Positions 15,804 to 30,239 of a stretch of DNA of 64,000 nt are shown here, in pieces; the stretch's first letter is position 1, and every line of letters begins with the position of its first letter. This stretch comes from the human T2T-CHM13v2.0 reference genome, Homo sapiens: assembly GCF_009914755.1 (NCBI RefSeq), contig NC_060935.1; one strand, 5' to 3'. The notes under the pieces were generated by a model, which was not told the origin of the DNA, made no database searches, and was given only the letters and a program-made list of their open reading frames with translations. The position numbers were made by a program, and so were the translations under genes.

Positions 15804-16257
15804 CTATAGAACTGGAAGACGTTACATTAAGTGAAATAAGCCAGGCATAGGAAGACAAATAACCACATGTTCTCACCCTTATGTGGGAACTTTGAAAAAA
15901 TGATCTCATGAGGGTAGAGAGTGGAATGGTGGGTACCAGAGGCCAGGAAGGATAGGAAAGAGTGGGGCATAAAGACAGTTGGTTAATGGGTACAAAAATA
16001 TAGTTAGATATAAGCAATAAGATCTAGCGTGCAATAGCACAAAAGGGTGACTAGAGTTAACAAAATGTATTGTATATTTCAAAATAACTAGAAGAGTGAA
16101 TGTGGAATGTTCCCAGCACAAAACAATAACGAATGTTTGAGGTGATACATGTCCTGATTACCCTGATTTGATCATTACACATCGTATGCATGTATTAAAA
16201 TATCACATGTACTTCATGAATATGTGCAACTGTTATGTATCCATAAAATTTTTTTGA

Positions 16258-16715
16258 AATATTATGTCAGTATGGATTATAGGTCTAAATGTAAGATGTA
16301 AAACTATAAAAGAGTTAAAAAACAAGAAAATATTTATGACTTGGGGTTATCCAAGTAGTTCCTAGACATAATACGAAAAATGTGATTCATAAAATTAAAT
16401 GAGATAAATTTGACTTTAACAAAATTAATTTTTTTTCTCTGTGAAAAACACTCACTGAGAATTAAAAAAAAAAACAGTAGCACACTGGGCAAAGGGAAGA
16501 TACATTTGCAAAACAAACATTCAAGCTGGGACTTGCACAATTCCAAAAATATAAAGAATCACCAAACTCAACAAGAAAAATATTAACACAATTAAAAATG
16601 GGCAAGGATATTTCACTTAAAAGGACTTAAAAATGGCAAATAATATATAAAAAGATGTCCAGCTTCAGGAGCCAAGAAGGAAATCCAAATTAAAGTTCCA
16701 ACTTGAAACTAATAC
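16258..16715 (+). mobile_element. Continuation of the old L1M ORF2 3' region
   Basis: Resumes TGGATTATAGGTCTAAATGTAA where the element broke at 13066 (L1 consensus AACTCAAAATGGATCATAGACCTAAATGTAA). Confidence 0.65.
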
Positions 16716-17617
16716 TTTTTAGCAAATTAAATCAAGTAATGTGCTAAAAGGATAATATAGGATAACCAAGCAACATTTATCCATTAAAGATAGCTTAAAT
16801 ATTTGAATATCAATCAACATAATAATCACATTAGTATAGAAAACATGATTATCTCAACAGACACACAAATTTGACAAAATTCAATATCAATTACTTATGA
16901 AAATTCTCACAAACTGGGAATAGAAGGAAGCTTCCTCCACCTGCTATCAGACATAATATTTAATGGTAATATACTGAATGTTTCCTCAATAAGATCAGGA
17001 AAAATGCAAAGATGTCTTCTCTTGTCACTATTACTCACATTGTAGGATATTTTAGCCAAGAAAATACAGAAAATGCAGAAAAGCATCCAGATTAGAAAGA
17101 CAGAAGGAAAATCGTATTAATTTGTAAGTGGCATGATTCTCTACGTGGTAAACCCAATGGAACATTGAACTAAATTTAGCAACTTTGCAGGATAAAAGGT
17201 CAATATAAAAATCAATTATATTTTATGTGCTAGGAATGAACAATCAGAAAGTAAAATTAGAAAAATAATATCTTTAATAACATTGAAATGTTTAAAGTAT
17301 TTAGAGATAAATCTGGGAAATATAGGGAAGACCTGTATACCAAAATCTATAAATACTTGCTGAGATTAAAAACGAAGAAGTCCTTAACAAACACATATTA
17401 CCATAGTGGAAGGTTAGACAGTTTAAATATTGCTAAGTTGTCCATTTTCCTCAACTTGATCTATGTCATCACGATAATCCCACATAAAATCACAACAGGG
17501 TTTTTGTAAAAATTGACAAAGCGATTCATCAGCAGATGTAAATGACATAGAATAACCAAAGCCCATTTAAAAAAAGACAGTATTGAACGATTAACACTAC
17601 CTTTTATTAAAATTTAG

Positions 17618-17655
17618 AAGAGATTGGGTGAGTTAAGGGCTGTATGGCCGTAGAC
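17618..17655 (-). pseudogene. 5S rRNA retropseudogene, 5' ~38 nt only (tailless)
   Basis: The minus strand reads GTCTACGGCCATACAGCCCTTAACTCACCCAATCTCTT versus 5S rRNA GTCTACGGCCATACCACCCTGAACGCGCCCGATCTCGT (31/38). It is flanked by a perfect 15-bp direct repeat TTTATTAAAATTTAG. Confidence 0.85.
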
Positions 17656-18063
17656 TCAATTTATTAAAATTTAGTAGAAGCTACAGTCTTCAAGACAGTG
17701 TGGCAATGTCATCAATAAATATATCAATGTATATATCAATAAATACATCAGTGTAACAGAATAGAGAGCACAGAAATAGACTCGCACATATGAAAAAACA
17801 TTTCCACAAAGATGAACAGGCAGTTCAGTGAAGAAAGATGCATCTTTTGAACAAATAGTGCTTGGACAATTAGATATCTATATCTATATTTATACCTATC
17901 TATTTAAAAAACTTTAATCTCATCCCTCATGTCACTTGATTACTTAAAATTGATCATATACCTAAATTATGAACATAAATTATAAAATTATAACAGGAAA
18001 TATTCAAGAATATCATTGTGACCTTAGATTAGACAAAGAATATTAAAATATAACACCAAAAGC

Positions 18064-18700
<637 letters not shown>

Positions 18701-19870
18701 TCATCCATGAAAGGATAAACTAGATTTGTCAAAATTTATAAAATTTCATTTCTATTCTTTGGAAGACACTGGTAAGAAAATAAAAAGACAAGCCACAGAC
18801 CAGGAGAAAATATTTTGCAAATCATATACCTGACAAAGGATAAATTACTGGTAAGAACATTGAGAAACTAAAACTTTCAAACACTGCTGGTAAAATATAA
18901 AATAGTACAATTGTACAAATAAACAATTTCTTGAAAAGCTAATTATACACTGACCATGTGATCCCCAGCCATTCCACTTTTCACATTAGACAAAGAGAAA
19001 CAAAAGCATAGGGTATATAATCACAGCTATACATTATCATTACAGCTTTATTTTTATAACTCACGAAGAGAAAACAGCCCAAATGGCTATCAGCATGTGA
19101 ATGGATAAACACATCGTGGTATAGCTCTCCAATAGAATAGTACACAATAAAAAGAAATGAAATATTTACCTAGGCAACCACATGGATGAATCTCAAAATA
19201 AATATGCTAAATGGAAGAGACTGAATTAAAAAAAGAGTACATGTTCATAATCTGTCATACATAAAATTCCAGAAAATGCCTCCAAATGTAGAGTGACACA
19301 AGCTAAATTAGCAGTTGCCCAGGGATAGCGGGTGGGGACAGGGTTTTGAAGGACTAGAGAGGCAATTACAAAGTGGCATGAGAAAACTTTGGGGGTGATA
19401 GATATGGAAATGTTATCACCTTCATTGTGAGGAGAAAATTATTTCATGGGAGTATACATAAGCTAAAATGTATCAAATTATATACTTTATGTGTATTAAT
19501 GTATATCAATTATACATAATAAAACTTATTTTTAAGTGTAAAAAATAATAAAAGTATATAAAAATTTAATGTTAAACACTTTATAAAAAATGGATGTACT
19601 AATTTTTTTAAATGTTCTTTCTACAGTCATCATTTTTAACAACTTAATATCATTTTTGCTTGTTTTTAAAACACCAGAAAAATATTTTTTTGTTAAAAGT
19701 TTAAAGTTTGAAACACTGCTTAAAACATCCTGTCCAATCATTGTAGATGTTAAAAGAATAATTCAATGAATAGATAGGATTACCAACCTCAAAATCACAA
19801 AAACACTTTCAGATAGACATTCTAATGCTAGCTGGTTATGTCAATTCAGAGAATATTTTTAAATTCTCTT

Positions 19871-22800
19871 ATTTTACTTTAATTTATTTTATTTTACTTT
19901 AAGTTCTGGGATACATGTGCTGAACATGCAAGTTTGTTACATAGGTATACATGCTCCATGGTGGTTTACTGCACATATGAACCAGTCATCTAGGTTTTAA
20001 GCCCCACATGCATTAGGTATTTGTCCTAACGCTCTCCCTCCCTATGTCCCCGACCCCCGACAGGCCCTGGTGTATGATGTTCCCCTCCCTGTGTCCATGT
20101 GTTCTCATTGTTCAACTCCCACTTATGAGTGAGAACATGTAGTGTTTGGTTTTCTGTTCCTGTGTTAGTTGGCTGAGGATGATGGTTTCCAGTTTCATCC
20201 ATGTCCCTACAAAGGACATGAACTCATTCTTTTTTATGACTCCATAGTATTCCATGGTGTATATGTACCACATTTTCTTTATCCAGTTTATTATTGATGG
20301 GCATTTGGGTTGGTTCCAAGTCTTAGCTATTGTAAATAGTGCTGCAATAAACATATGTGTGCATGTGTCTTTATAGTAGAATGGTTTATAATCCCTTGGG
20401 TATATACCCAGCAATGGGATTTCTGGGTCAAATAGTATTTCTAGTTCTAGATCCTTGTGAAATTGCCACACTGTCTTCCACAGTGGTTGATCTAATTTAC
20501 ACTCCCATGAACAGTGTAAAAGCATTTCTATTTCTCTACATCCTTGCCAGCATCTGTTGTTTCCAGACTTTTTAATGATCACCATTCCAACTGGCATGAG
20601 ATGGTATCTCATTGTGGTTTTGATTTGCATTTCTCTAATAACCAGTGATGATGAGTTTTTTTGCATATGTTTGTTAGCTGCATAAATGTCTTCTTTTGAG
20701 AAGTGTCTGTTTATATCCTTTACCCACTTTTTGATGGGGTTGGTTTTTTTTTCTTATATATTTGTTTAAGTTCCTTGTAGATTCTGGATACCAGACCTTT
20801 GTCAGATAGAATGAAACTACTTTCTTCCATTCTATAAGTTGCCTGTTCACTCTGATTATAGTTTATTTAGCTGTGAAGAAGCTCTTCTGTTTCATTTGAT
20901 CCCATTTGTCAATTTTGGCTTTTGTTGCCATTGCTTTTGGTATTTTAGTCATGAAGTCTTTGCCCGTGCCTATGTCCTGAATGGTATTGCCTACGTTTTC
21001 TTCTAGGGTTTTTATGGGTTTAGGTTTTACATTTAAGTCTTTAATCCATCTTGAGTTAATTTTTGTGTAAGGTGTAAGGAAGGGTCCAGTTTCAGTTTTC
21101 TGCATATGGCTAGCCGGTTTTCCCAGCAACATTTATTTAATAGGGAATCCTTTCCCCATTGCTAGTTTTTCTCAGGTTTGTCGAATATCACCCGTTTGTG
21201 TGGTCTTATTTCTGAGCCCTCCGTTCTGTTCCATTGGTCTACATATCTGTTTTGATACCAGTACCATTCTGTTTTGGTTACTGTAGCCTTGTAGTATAGT
21301 TTGAAGTCAGGTAGCCTGATGCCTCCAGCTTTGTTATTTTGCTTAGGATTGTCTTGGCTATACGGGCTCTTTTTTGGTTGCATATGAAATTTAAAATAGT
21401 TTTTTCTAGTTCTATGATGAAAGTCAATGGTAGCTTCATGGGAGTAGCACTGAATCTATAAATTACTTTGGGCAGTATGGCAACTTTCACAATGTTCAGT
21501 CTTCCTATCCATGAGCAGAAAATGTTTTTCTATTTGTTTGTCCTCTCTTATTTCCTTGAGCAGTTGTTTGTAGTTCTCCTTGAAGAAGTCCTTCAAGTCC
21601 CTTGTAAGTTGTACTCCTAGATATTTTATTCTCTTTGTAGCAATTGTGAATGGGAGTTCCCTCATGATTTGGCTCTCTGTTTGTCTATTATTGGTGTATC
21701 AGAATGCTTGTGATTTTTCCACATTTACTGTGTATCCTGAGACTTTGCTGAAGTTGCTTATTAGCTTAAGGAGTTTTGGGGCTGGGACGATGGGGTTTTC
21801 TAAATATACAATCATTTCATCTGCAAACAGAGACAATTTGACTTCCTCTCTTCCTATTTGAATACCTTTATTTCTTTCTCTTGCCTGATTTCTCTGGCCA
21901 GAACTTCCAATACTATGTCGAATAGGAGTGGTGAGAGAGGGCATCCTTGACTTATGCCAGTTTTCAAAGGTAATGCTTCCAGCTTTTCTCCATTCAGCAT
22001 AATATTGCCTATGGGTTTGTCATAAATATCTCTTATTATTTTGAGTTATGTTCTATCAATACCTAGTTTATTGAGAGTTTTTAGCATGAAGCGGTGTTGA
22101 ATTTTATTGAAGGCCTTTTCTGCATCTATCGAGATATTCATGTGGTTCTTGTCATTGGTTCTGTTTATGTGATGAATTACATTTATTGATTTGCATATGT
22201 TACATCCCAGAGATGAAGCTGACTTGAACATGGCGAATAAGCTTTTTGATGTGTTGCTGGATTCGGTTTGCCAGTATTTTATTGAGGATTTTCACATTGA
22301 TGTTCATCAGGGATATTAGCCTGAAATTTTCTTTTCTTGTGTCTCTGCCAGCTTTTGGAATCAGGATGATACTGGCCTCATAAAATGAGTTAGGGAGGAG
22401 TCCCTCTTTTTCTATTGTTTGGAATAATTTCAGAAAGAAATATACCAGCTCCTCTTTGTACCTCTAGTAAAATATGACTGTGAATCCGTCTAGTCCTGGG
22501 CTTTTTTGGTTGGTAGGCTATTAATTACTGCCTCAATTTCAGAACGTGTTATTGGTCTATTCAGGGATTCAACTTCTTCCTGGTTTAGTCTTCAGAGGGT
22601 GTATGTGTCTAGGAATTTATCCATTTCTTCAAGATTTTCTAGTTTATTTGTGTAGAGGTATTTATACTATTTTCTGAGGTTAGTTTGTATTTCTGAGGGA
22701 TCAGTGGTGATATCCCCTTTATCATTTTTCATTGTGTCTATTTGATTCTTCTGTCTTTTCTTCTTTATTAGTCTGGCTAGTGGTTTATCTATTTTGTTAA

Positions 22801-24793
22801 TCTTTTCAAAAAACTGGCTCCTGGGTTCATTGATTTTTTGAAGAGTTTTGTGTGTCTCTATCTCCTTCAGTAGTTCTGCTCTGATCTTAGTTATTTCTTG
22901 TCTTCTGCTAGCTTTTTAATTTGTTTGCTCTTGCTTCTCTAGTTCTTTCAGTTGTGATGTTAGGGTGTCAGTTTTAGATCTTTCCCGCTTTCTGATGCGG
23001 GCATTTAGTGCTATAAATTTCCCTCTAAATTTCCCTTTATAACTGAGTCCCAGAGATTCTGGTACATTGTGTCTTCGTTCTCACTGGTTTCAAAGAACTT
23101 ATTTATTTCTGACTTAATTTCGTTATTTACTCAGTAGTCATTCAGGAGCAGGTTGTTCAGTTTCCATGTAGTTGTGTGGTTTTGGTAAGTTTCTTAATCC
23201 TGAGTTCTAATTTGATTGCACCGTGGTCTTAGAGGCTGTTTTTTATGATTTCTGGTTTTTTGCATTTGCTGAGGAGTGTTTTACTTCCAATTATGTGTTC
23301 AATTTTAGAGTAAGTGCTATGTGGTGCTGAGAAGAATGTATATTCTGTTGATTTGGGGTAGAGAGTTCTGTAGATACCCATCAGGTCTGCTTGGTCCAGA
23401 GCTTAGTTCAAGTCCTGAATATCCTTGTTAATTTCCTGTCTCATTGATCTAATATTGACAGTGGGGTGTTAAAGTCTCCCACTATTATTGTGTGGGAGTC
23501 TAAGTCACTTTGTAGGTCTCTAAGAACTTGTTTGATGAATCTGGGTGCTCCTGTATTGGGTGTATATATATTTAGGATAGTTAGCTCTTCTTGTTGCATT
23601 GATCCCTTTACCACTATGCAATGCCCTTCTTTGTCTTTTTTGATCATTGTTGGTTTAAAGTCTGTTTTGTCAGGTCATTTATGTTCTTCTTTAAACTAGT
23701 TATTCTAGTTAGCAGTACCTGTAACCTTTTGTCAAGGTTTTTAGCTTCCTTGCATTGGATTACAACATGCTCCTTTAGCTCAGAGGAGTTTGTTATTACC
23801 CACTTTCTGAAGCCTACTTCTGTCAATTGGTCAAACTCATTCTCTGTCCAGTTTTGTGCCCTTGCTGGAGAGGAGTTGCAATCATTTGGAGGAGAAGAGG
23901 CATTCCGGTTTCTGGAATTTCAGCAGTTTTGCACTGTTTTTTCCTCATCTTTGAGGATTTATCCACCTTTTATCTTTGAGGCTGATGACCTTTGGATGGG
24001 GTTTCTGTGTGTGGGGGTCCTTTTTGTTGATGTTGATGTTATTTCTTTCTGTTAGTTTTTCTTCTAACACTCAGGCTCCTCTTCTGCAGGTTTGCTGCAG
24101 TTTTTTGGAGGTCCACTCCAGACCCCTTTCCCTGGGTATCCCCAGCAGAGGCTGCAGAACAGCAAGATTGCTGCCTTCTTCTTCCTCTGGAAGCTTCATC
24201 CCAGAGGGGCACCAGCCTGATACCAGCTGGAGCTCTCCTGTATGAGGTGTCTGTCAACCCCTGTTGGGAGGTGTCTCCTAGTCAGGAGGCATGGGGGTTA
24301 GGGACCCACTTGAGGAGGCAATCTGTCCCTTAGCAGAGGTCAAGTGCTGTGCTGGCAGAACCTTTCTTGTCAGGATCCACTGCTCTCTTCAGAGCCAGCA
24401 GGCATGAACGTTTAAGTCCTCTGAAGCTGTGCCCACAGCCACCCCTTCCCACAGGTGCTCTGTCCCAAGGAGATGGGAGTTTTATTTATAAGTCCCTGAC
24501 TGGGGCTGCTGCCTTTCTGAGATGGCCTGCCCAGTTAAGAGGAATCTAGTGAGCACCTAATCAAGTCTCAGTAATAGCGGACGCCCCCCCCCCGCAACAA
24601 GCTCAATGATCCTAGGTCGACTTCAGACTACTAAGTTGACAATGGAATTTCAAGCCAGTGGTTCTTAGCTTGCTGGGCTCCGTGGGAGTGGGACCCGCTG
24701 AGCAAGACCACTAGGCTCCCTGGCTTCAGCCCCCTTTCCAGGGGAGTGAACGGTTCTGTCTCATTGGTGTTCCAGGCACCACTGCGGTACAAG

Positions 24794-24825
<32 letters not shown>

Positions 24826-25230
24826 CTGCAGCTAGCTTGGTCTCTGCCCAAACAGCTGTCCAGTTTTCTGGTTGAAACCCAGGGCCCTGGTGGTGTAGGC
24901 ACACGAGGGAATCTCCTGGTCTGTGGATTGCAGAAACCATGGGAGAAGTGCAGTATCTGGGCCGGATAGTACAGTCCCTCATGGCACAGTCCCTCAGGGC
25001 TTCCCTTGGCTAGGGGAGGGAGTTCCCAACCTCTTGTGCTTCCTGGGTGAGACGACGCCCCACCCTGCTTCTACTCCTGCTCTGTGGGCTGCACCCACTG
25101 CCTACGCAGTCCCAATGAGATGAACAGGGTACCTCAGTTGGAAATGCAGAAATTACCCACCTTCTGCGTTGGTCTCGCTGACAGCTGCAGACAGGAGCTG
25201 TTCCTATTCAGCCATCTTGCCACCAGGCCC
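19871..25230 (-). mobile_element. L1PA7/L1PA8 with both termini and a ~1 kb internal deletion; non-coding
   Basis: The 5' UTR begins GGCAAGATGGCTGAATAGGAACAGCTCC on the minus strand. ORF2 peptides ([27 protein letters not shown]) lie in broken frames. 3' UTR GGTTTTAAGCCCCACATGCATTAGG is PA7/8 type, followed by a T-rich tail. Confidence 0.92.
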
Positions 25231-26359
25231 TGTTTTAAACTTCTTAACGATTATCTGTGGGCTTTCACTTGGCAAATGAGAGAAATGTACTATAAGAGTA
25301 TTACTCAAGTAATATGTTCCAATTAGCGGGTTACAAAGTAAATTTATGTGTTCATAGACAGTGAGAAAAATAAAAATAAAATAGAATAAATATTAGTGTG
25401 TTGCCCATGAAAAGGTACTTGTCTCACAAAGCTCTAATTTCAGTTTTGAATATAAATTCATCTACGTAGTGGGATGCAATAACAAATATATCTCAATATT
25501 AATTTATCATAGTTTCAAAGTGTGAAAGATAGAAACCTAACATTTCTTGATTTCCATTTAGTCCTCTCCTATTGTGTTGTGTGAAAATTATTTTAAAAAC
25601 AGACCTATAAAATGGAATTCAGATAAGATGATTCATATGAACTTTTCTACCTCATTATTACTCATGTTAGAAAATTAGTCAAAATCATCTTTTTGAAAAG
25701 GCGTCAGGGAAAAATTACTCTCTACAGAGATAATAGTATTTCCTGTTATTTTTGTCAGCAGTGACTCAGAGATCAGTTGAAAAATTCGAGAAGACCAGGG
25801 GATGATAAAGAGATCTTAAAAGCATCTTTGTTTTATGACTAAAAAGTGTGGCACATAACCCAGAGAGATTTTTCTTAGTTTTCTTACTTAGATTTAACCC
25901 TCTAATGAGACCTTTGATCTGAAAAAGAAAAATCCAGATCAATTAATACAAATGACAAAAATGTCCCTTGCTTTGTGTGTAATTTCTTTTAAGAAAAGTA
26001 ATAAATATTCACTATAAAATTTTTAAATTCAAGACTAATGAGAATAAAATAAGCCCACAAGCAAAATAATTACCTTAAAATTACAAAAACAACATTTCTA
26101 AAATTAGATACAAATACTGCAGAAAAGCATAAGGAAAAAAACATTTGAAAACTACCTTTATACTAATGAGAATATTTTAATGAATTCATTAAATTGGGGG
26201 TAGGGAATCTCTACTCTTCCTTAAGTAAATATTCAAATATTTATGTCCTTGCATAAGTGGACTTTCAATATGTTAAGGTGAAAAAGGTCAGGGACCAAGA
26301 TCCTAGAACTGTTTGTTAGATTGAATCAAAACTGTATAAATCAAAGAAAAGCATATGTT

Positions 26360-27084
26360 TGTGGTAACAACATTTAGGGCTGCTTAATCACAGACGTGGG
26401 CTGAATACAGAGGCCCTAGCTGAGGAAGTAGAACAGATAGTTGGAGCTATCACATGGGGCAATGCTATGAAGACTCAAGATGAAGGCCAGGCCTCAGCAT
26501 ATCTCTCTGCAGAAGATGACAGGCACAGACATAAGATCTGAAGCTGATCATTACTTTCCCACAAGGATTAGAGAGAAGCTGTGAGGAGAACGCTGAGTGG
26601 ATTTGTAGGCTGCCCAGGTGGGGTGCTGTCACTAAGGGAAGACAAGAATGAAGGAATCCTACCAATGGCAGCTGGATTAGCAGCTGTGAAGTCCAGTAAG
26701 CAGACACTTCAGACCAAAGGATTTCTCCCAGGGGTGAATACAAGGCCTGACTACAAGAGTTCTTCATAAGACTCAAAGGTTTGCAGATCATTGAGAGCCT
26801 GGCCACTATCTGGAGAGTTCACTGGCCCCCAGGAGAGTTTGGTGGAGAGGATGAATGGGCCTGTGCGGTGGCATTTTACTCTGAAGTTATGTTTTCCCCT
26901 GCTCTCTGCTTCACAGAGGAGTCCTGGCCTTTGGGAGGTGCTATGATTCATCCTCTGGGATCTTAAACTCTACCTAGATTCAAGTCATGTACACAGAAAA
27001 AAATAAAAGTGTCAACTCTCACAACTCTGTTCAGGAGAGAAGCTTTATCTGACCCCTGGGACAGGACATAGCCAAAGACACACA
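26360..27084 (+). mobile_element. Possible ancient LTR (family not recognised)
   Basis: GC-richer ~720-bp block starting TGTGG and ending CACACA, with AATAAA ~80 bp before the end. No TSD seen. Confidence 0.3.
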
Positions 27085-27244
27085 ATACTAAAAATAGGGG
27101 AATTGGTGAGCGGCCGGAGCAGCACTCCATCAGTCAGCATTCAAATAGTGTTTTATAATGTTGTTGATTAATTCTATAATTATATACTTATGTAAACTAT
27201 GGAATATACCTACTTAGAATATGAAATATGAGAATACTTATATG

Positions 27245-27460
27245 GAAAATGGTTAAGTAAATGGGCTCCGGAGTTAGAAAAATCTAGGCTCCAAATCTGT
27301 TTTTTTTATTTATTTACTTGGTAATTTTTCTGAATACTATTAAATTATTTATAAAAACGCAAAATACCTACCTCAAAGTGTTGCTTCAAGGATTTAATAA
27401 AATAATGTATGTAACAGTGGTTTGCACAAAATATATATGTGTATACTCATTAAATTGTCT
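27245..27460 (+). mobile_element. MIR
   Basis: TGGTTAAG..GGGCTCCGGAGTTAGA and ATACCTACCTCAAAGTGTTGCTTCAAGGATTTAAT match MIR. Confidence 0.6.
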
Positions 27461-27771
27461 CTATTAAAACTAATAATAGAAGCAAAATTATTGCTATTGT
27501 GGGACCAAACAGTAAGATTCAGAGAATTGAATATAGATAAAATGCAGAGGCTAGCTGGACTAAAATCTTGACTGGTTTATGAATGCCAGAACCTATGATT
27601 AAAAATATACTAAATGGTTGATTTGATTTAATCACATTTAAAACCAAAGTTAATGTATAGATGACTGAGTACCATGTACCAATGATAATACAGATGTGCC
27701 ATTCGGATAGTCTAAAAAGTAATTTGTATTAACTCTTAAGTAGTTATTTAATGTAATCTCCTAAATGTCTA

Positions 27772-28232
27772 ATTCACAATAGCAAAGACATGGAACCAAC
27801 CCAAATGTCCATAAATGATAGACTGGATAAAGAAAATGTGGTACATATACACCATGGAATACTATACAGCCATAAAAAGGAATAAGATCATGTCCTTTGC
27901 AGGGACATGGATGAAGCTGGAAGCTGTCATCCTCAGCAGACTAACCCAGTAACAGAAAAGCAAACACCACATGTTCTCACTCACAAGTGGGAGCTGAAGA
28001 ATGAGAAAACATGGACACAGATGGAAACAGGGAGGGGAAAACACACACACCAGGGCCTTTCAGGGGCAGGGATCAAGGGGAAGGAGAGCATCAGCAACTA
28101 ATGTATGTGGGGCTTAAAACCTAGGTGACAGGTTGATAGGTGCAGCAAACCACCATGGCACACGTATACCTATGTAACACACCTGCATGTTCTGCACATG
28201 TATCCCGGAACTTAAAGTAACAAAAAAAAAAT
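27772..28232 (+). mobile_element. 5'-truncated L1PA8/PA10 3' end
   Basis: ORF2 end plus 3' UTR GGGGCTTAAAACCTAGGTGAC..GAACTTAAAGTAA and an A tail. Confidence 0.88.
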
Positions 28233-29574
28233 AATGAGGTCATTTAAAATGTAATAAGTCCAAAGTGAGAGGGATTTCATTGTAGGTATAGCAACTCAGT
28301 CCTATAAGAAGTGTTTGGGATAAAAAATTCATTGCAACACATGAGATCATTATTTTTGTAATGTATGGATTCCTGTAATGCATGGATTGCATTATTCACT
28401 GCAATCAGTGAGATCATTAGTGCTGTACATTCCGATACCACGAAGGCACTGCATCACATCCAAGGTCACAGATATTTCTTAAAATCCAGTGAGGCCATAA
28501 AATGAGTTCCAAACTTTCTTATACTCTGAATACTTGTCCCCAAAGCTTGAGATCACTCAAAGGAGAAGACTAAGAATAAGGCTTTTGAGGAAGGTAGAAA
28601 AGGATGGCCTAAATTTCCCTTTAGAGCGTTAGCAGTACAGGCAGGAGGATTATGAGGAAGAAGCATTAGGTGAAGTTTAAAGTCACTCTACAAGGTCAAG
28701 CTTAAAACTGGCTGACAGACCTCAGCCTACTGGAATGAAGGACCCTGGATTAGTCTCTGTCAGGTCTAGACTGAGTGCCTCTCATTGCCAATTCGAAAGT
28801 GAAGTCCCAAGTCCTAGTGCAGGCTCTGACCTCTATTATTTATGCCATGCCACTTAATTACCTTGAGCCTTAATTTTCTGATTTTAAAATCCAAGGTTAA
28901 TATGTATTTGATCAACTCACTAGATTGATATATGTTGATAACATTAGGTTAGCATGGTTCACCCAGGTTATATAAATTCTTTTACAATTGGAATAGAATT
29001 CAGACAACATGAAAGAAATTACTATTCAAAGTATTCACCCTGAAGAAAAAGCAAACTATGATGCAAGCTACAAAGGTATACTGTTTAGTAGTTTGAAAAG
29101 GAAAGTAAACACGATTTAATTGGAAAATGAAGAATAGCCTATTAAGAGAATGGGGAAGGCCCATGTAAGGAAATTGTCCTCTTAGGGGTTTACACTATAC
29201 TGATTTTAAGGTCACATTAACACTAAAACCCAATCATGAAGTCACTTTCTTAAATGTCTACTGTGATTCTAGCATTACCTTTAGTGCCAAAATAATAGAC
29301 ATAGCTCCCATATTCAAAGAGGTATCTGCATGGCTGTAATAATAAAGGGCAAATAATACAAAGGGGATAAAAATGAACTCCATGTTCTGGGAGAGGTCCC
29401 ATTAGAAACATTTTGCTGGTCAGCTTTGCAAATCAGGCATCTCCCCCAGAATCCTGCATATGCAACTGTGTGATGCTTCTAACAAAGTGACTGTTCGCCA
29501 GTCATTTTGTGGTTCTTTGGTACCACTATTCCTGTTATGTTCCCTAGTTTTAAGCTGTTAATGTATTTATTTTT

Positions 29575-30080
29575 TTCCATTATGATAAAATACCCATAAT
29601 ATAACATTTATGATTTTAACAATTTGAAAATGTAAACTTTGGTGGCATTTAATACATTCACAATGTTGTGTAATCATCACCAATACCTACTTCAAGAACA
29701 TCCTCATCCTAAAGTAAACTATGTACTCATTACACAGGACTTCATTGTTCTTTCTTCTCTCAGTCACTGGTAACTACCAATCTGCTTTGTATACTTTAGA
29801 TTTTTATGTAAATGAAATCATACAATATGTGGCCATTGAATTTAGCTTCTTTCACTTAGCCTACTGTTTTCATTCTTCATCCATGTTTTTGTGACAGAAA
29901 TATTCCACTGTGCATATGTGTATGTGTGCATGTGCACACTCACCCACAGTGCACACACCATGTTTTGTTGCATGCACACATCACATTTTGTTTATCCATT
30001 AATCAACTGATGGACATTTGAGTTGTTTCTACCTGTTTACTGTTGCAAATAATCCCGCCATGGATACATGTACAAAGCTA
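29575..30080 (-). mobile_element. L1MB 3' end
   Basis: TACATTCACAATGTTGTGTAATCATCACC and GATGGACATTTGAGTTGTTTCTACC match the reverse-complemented L1MB 3' UTR. Confidence 0.75.
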
Positions 30081-30239
30081 TATTCAAAAAAGCTGTTATC
30101 ATTTTAATGACCCCTTTCATCTTCTATAATAAGACTAAGCTCTTCTCTAAGTGTGATGTCAGCCTCCTTATGCCTTTCTAGACTCTGCTGCTACTACTAG
30201 CTCTTTTTATGCAACACCACCCAAGTCTTACACAAACCC

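Noticed and set aside
20112-23826. Minus-strand ORFs up to 184 aa with RT/endonuclease similarity
   Set aside because: Broken frames of a dead L1PA7/8, not a gene or a novel RT system.
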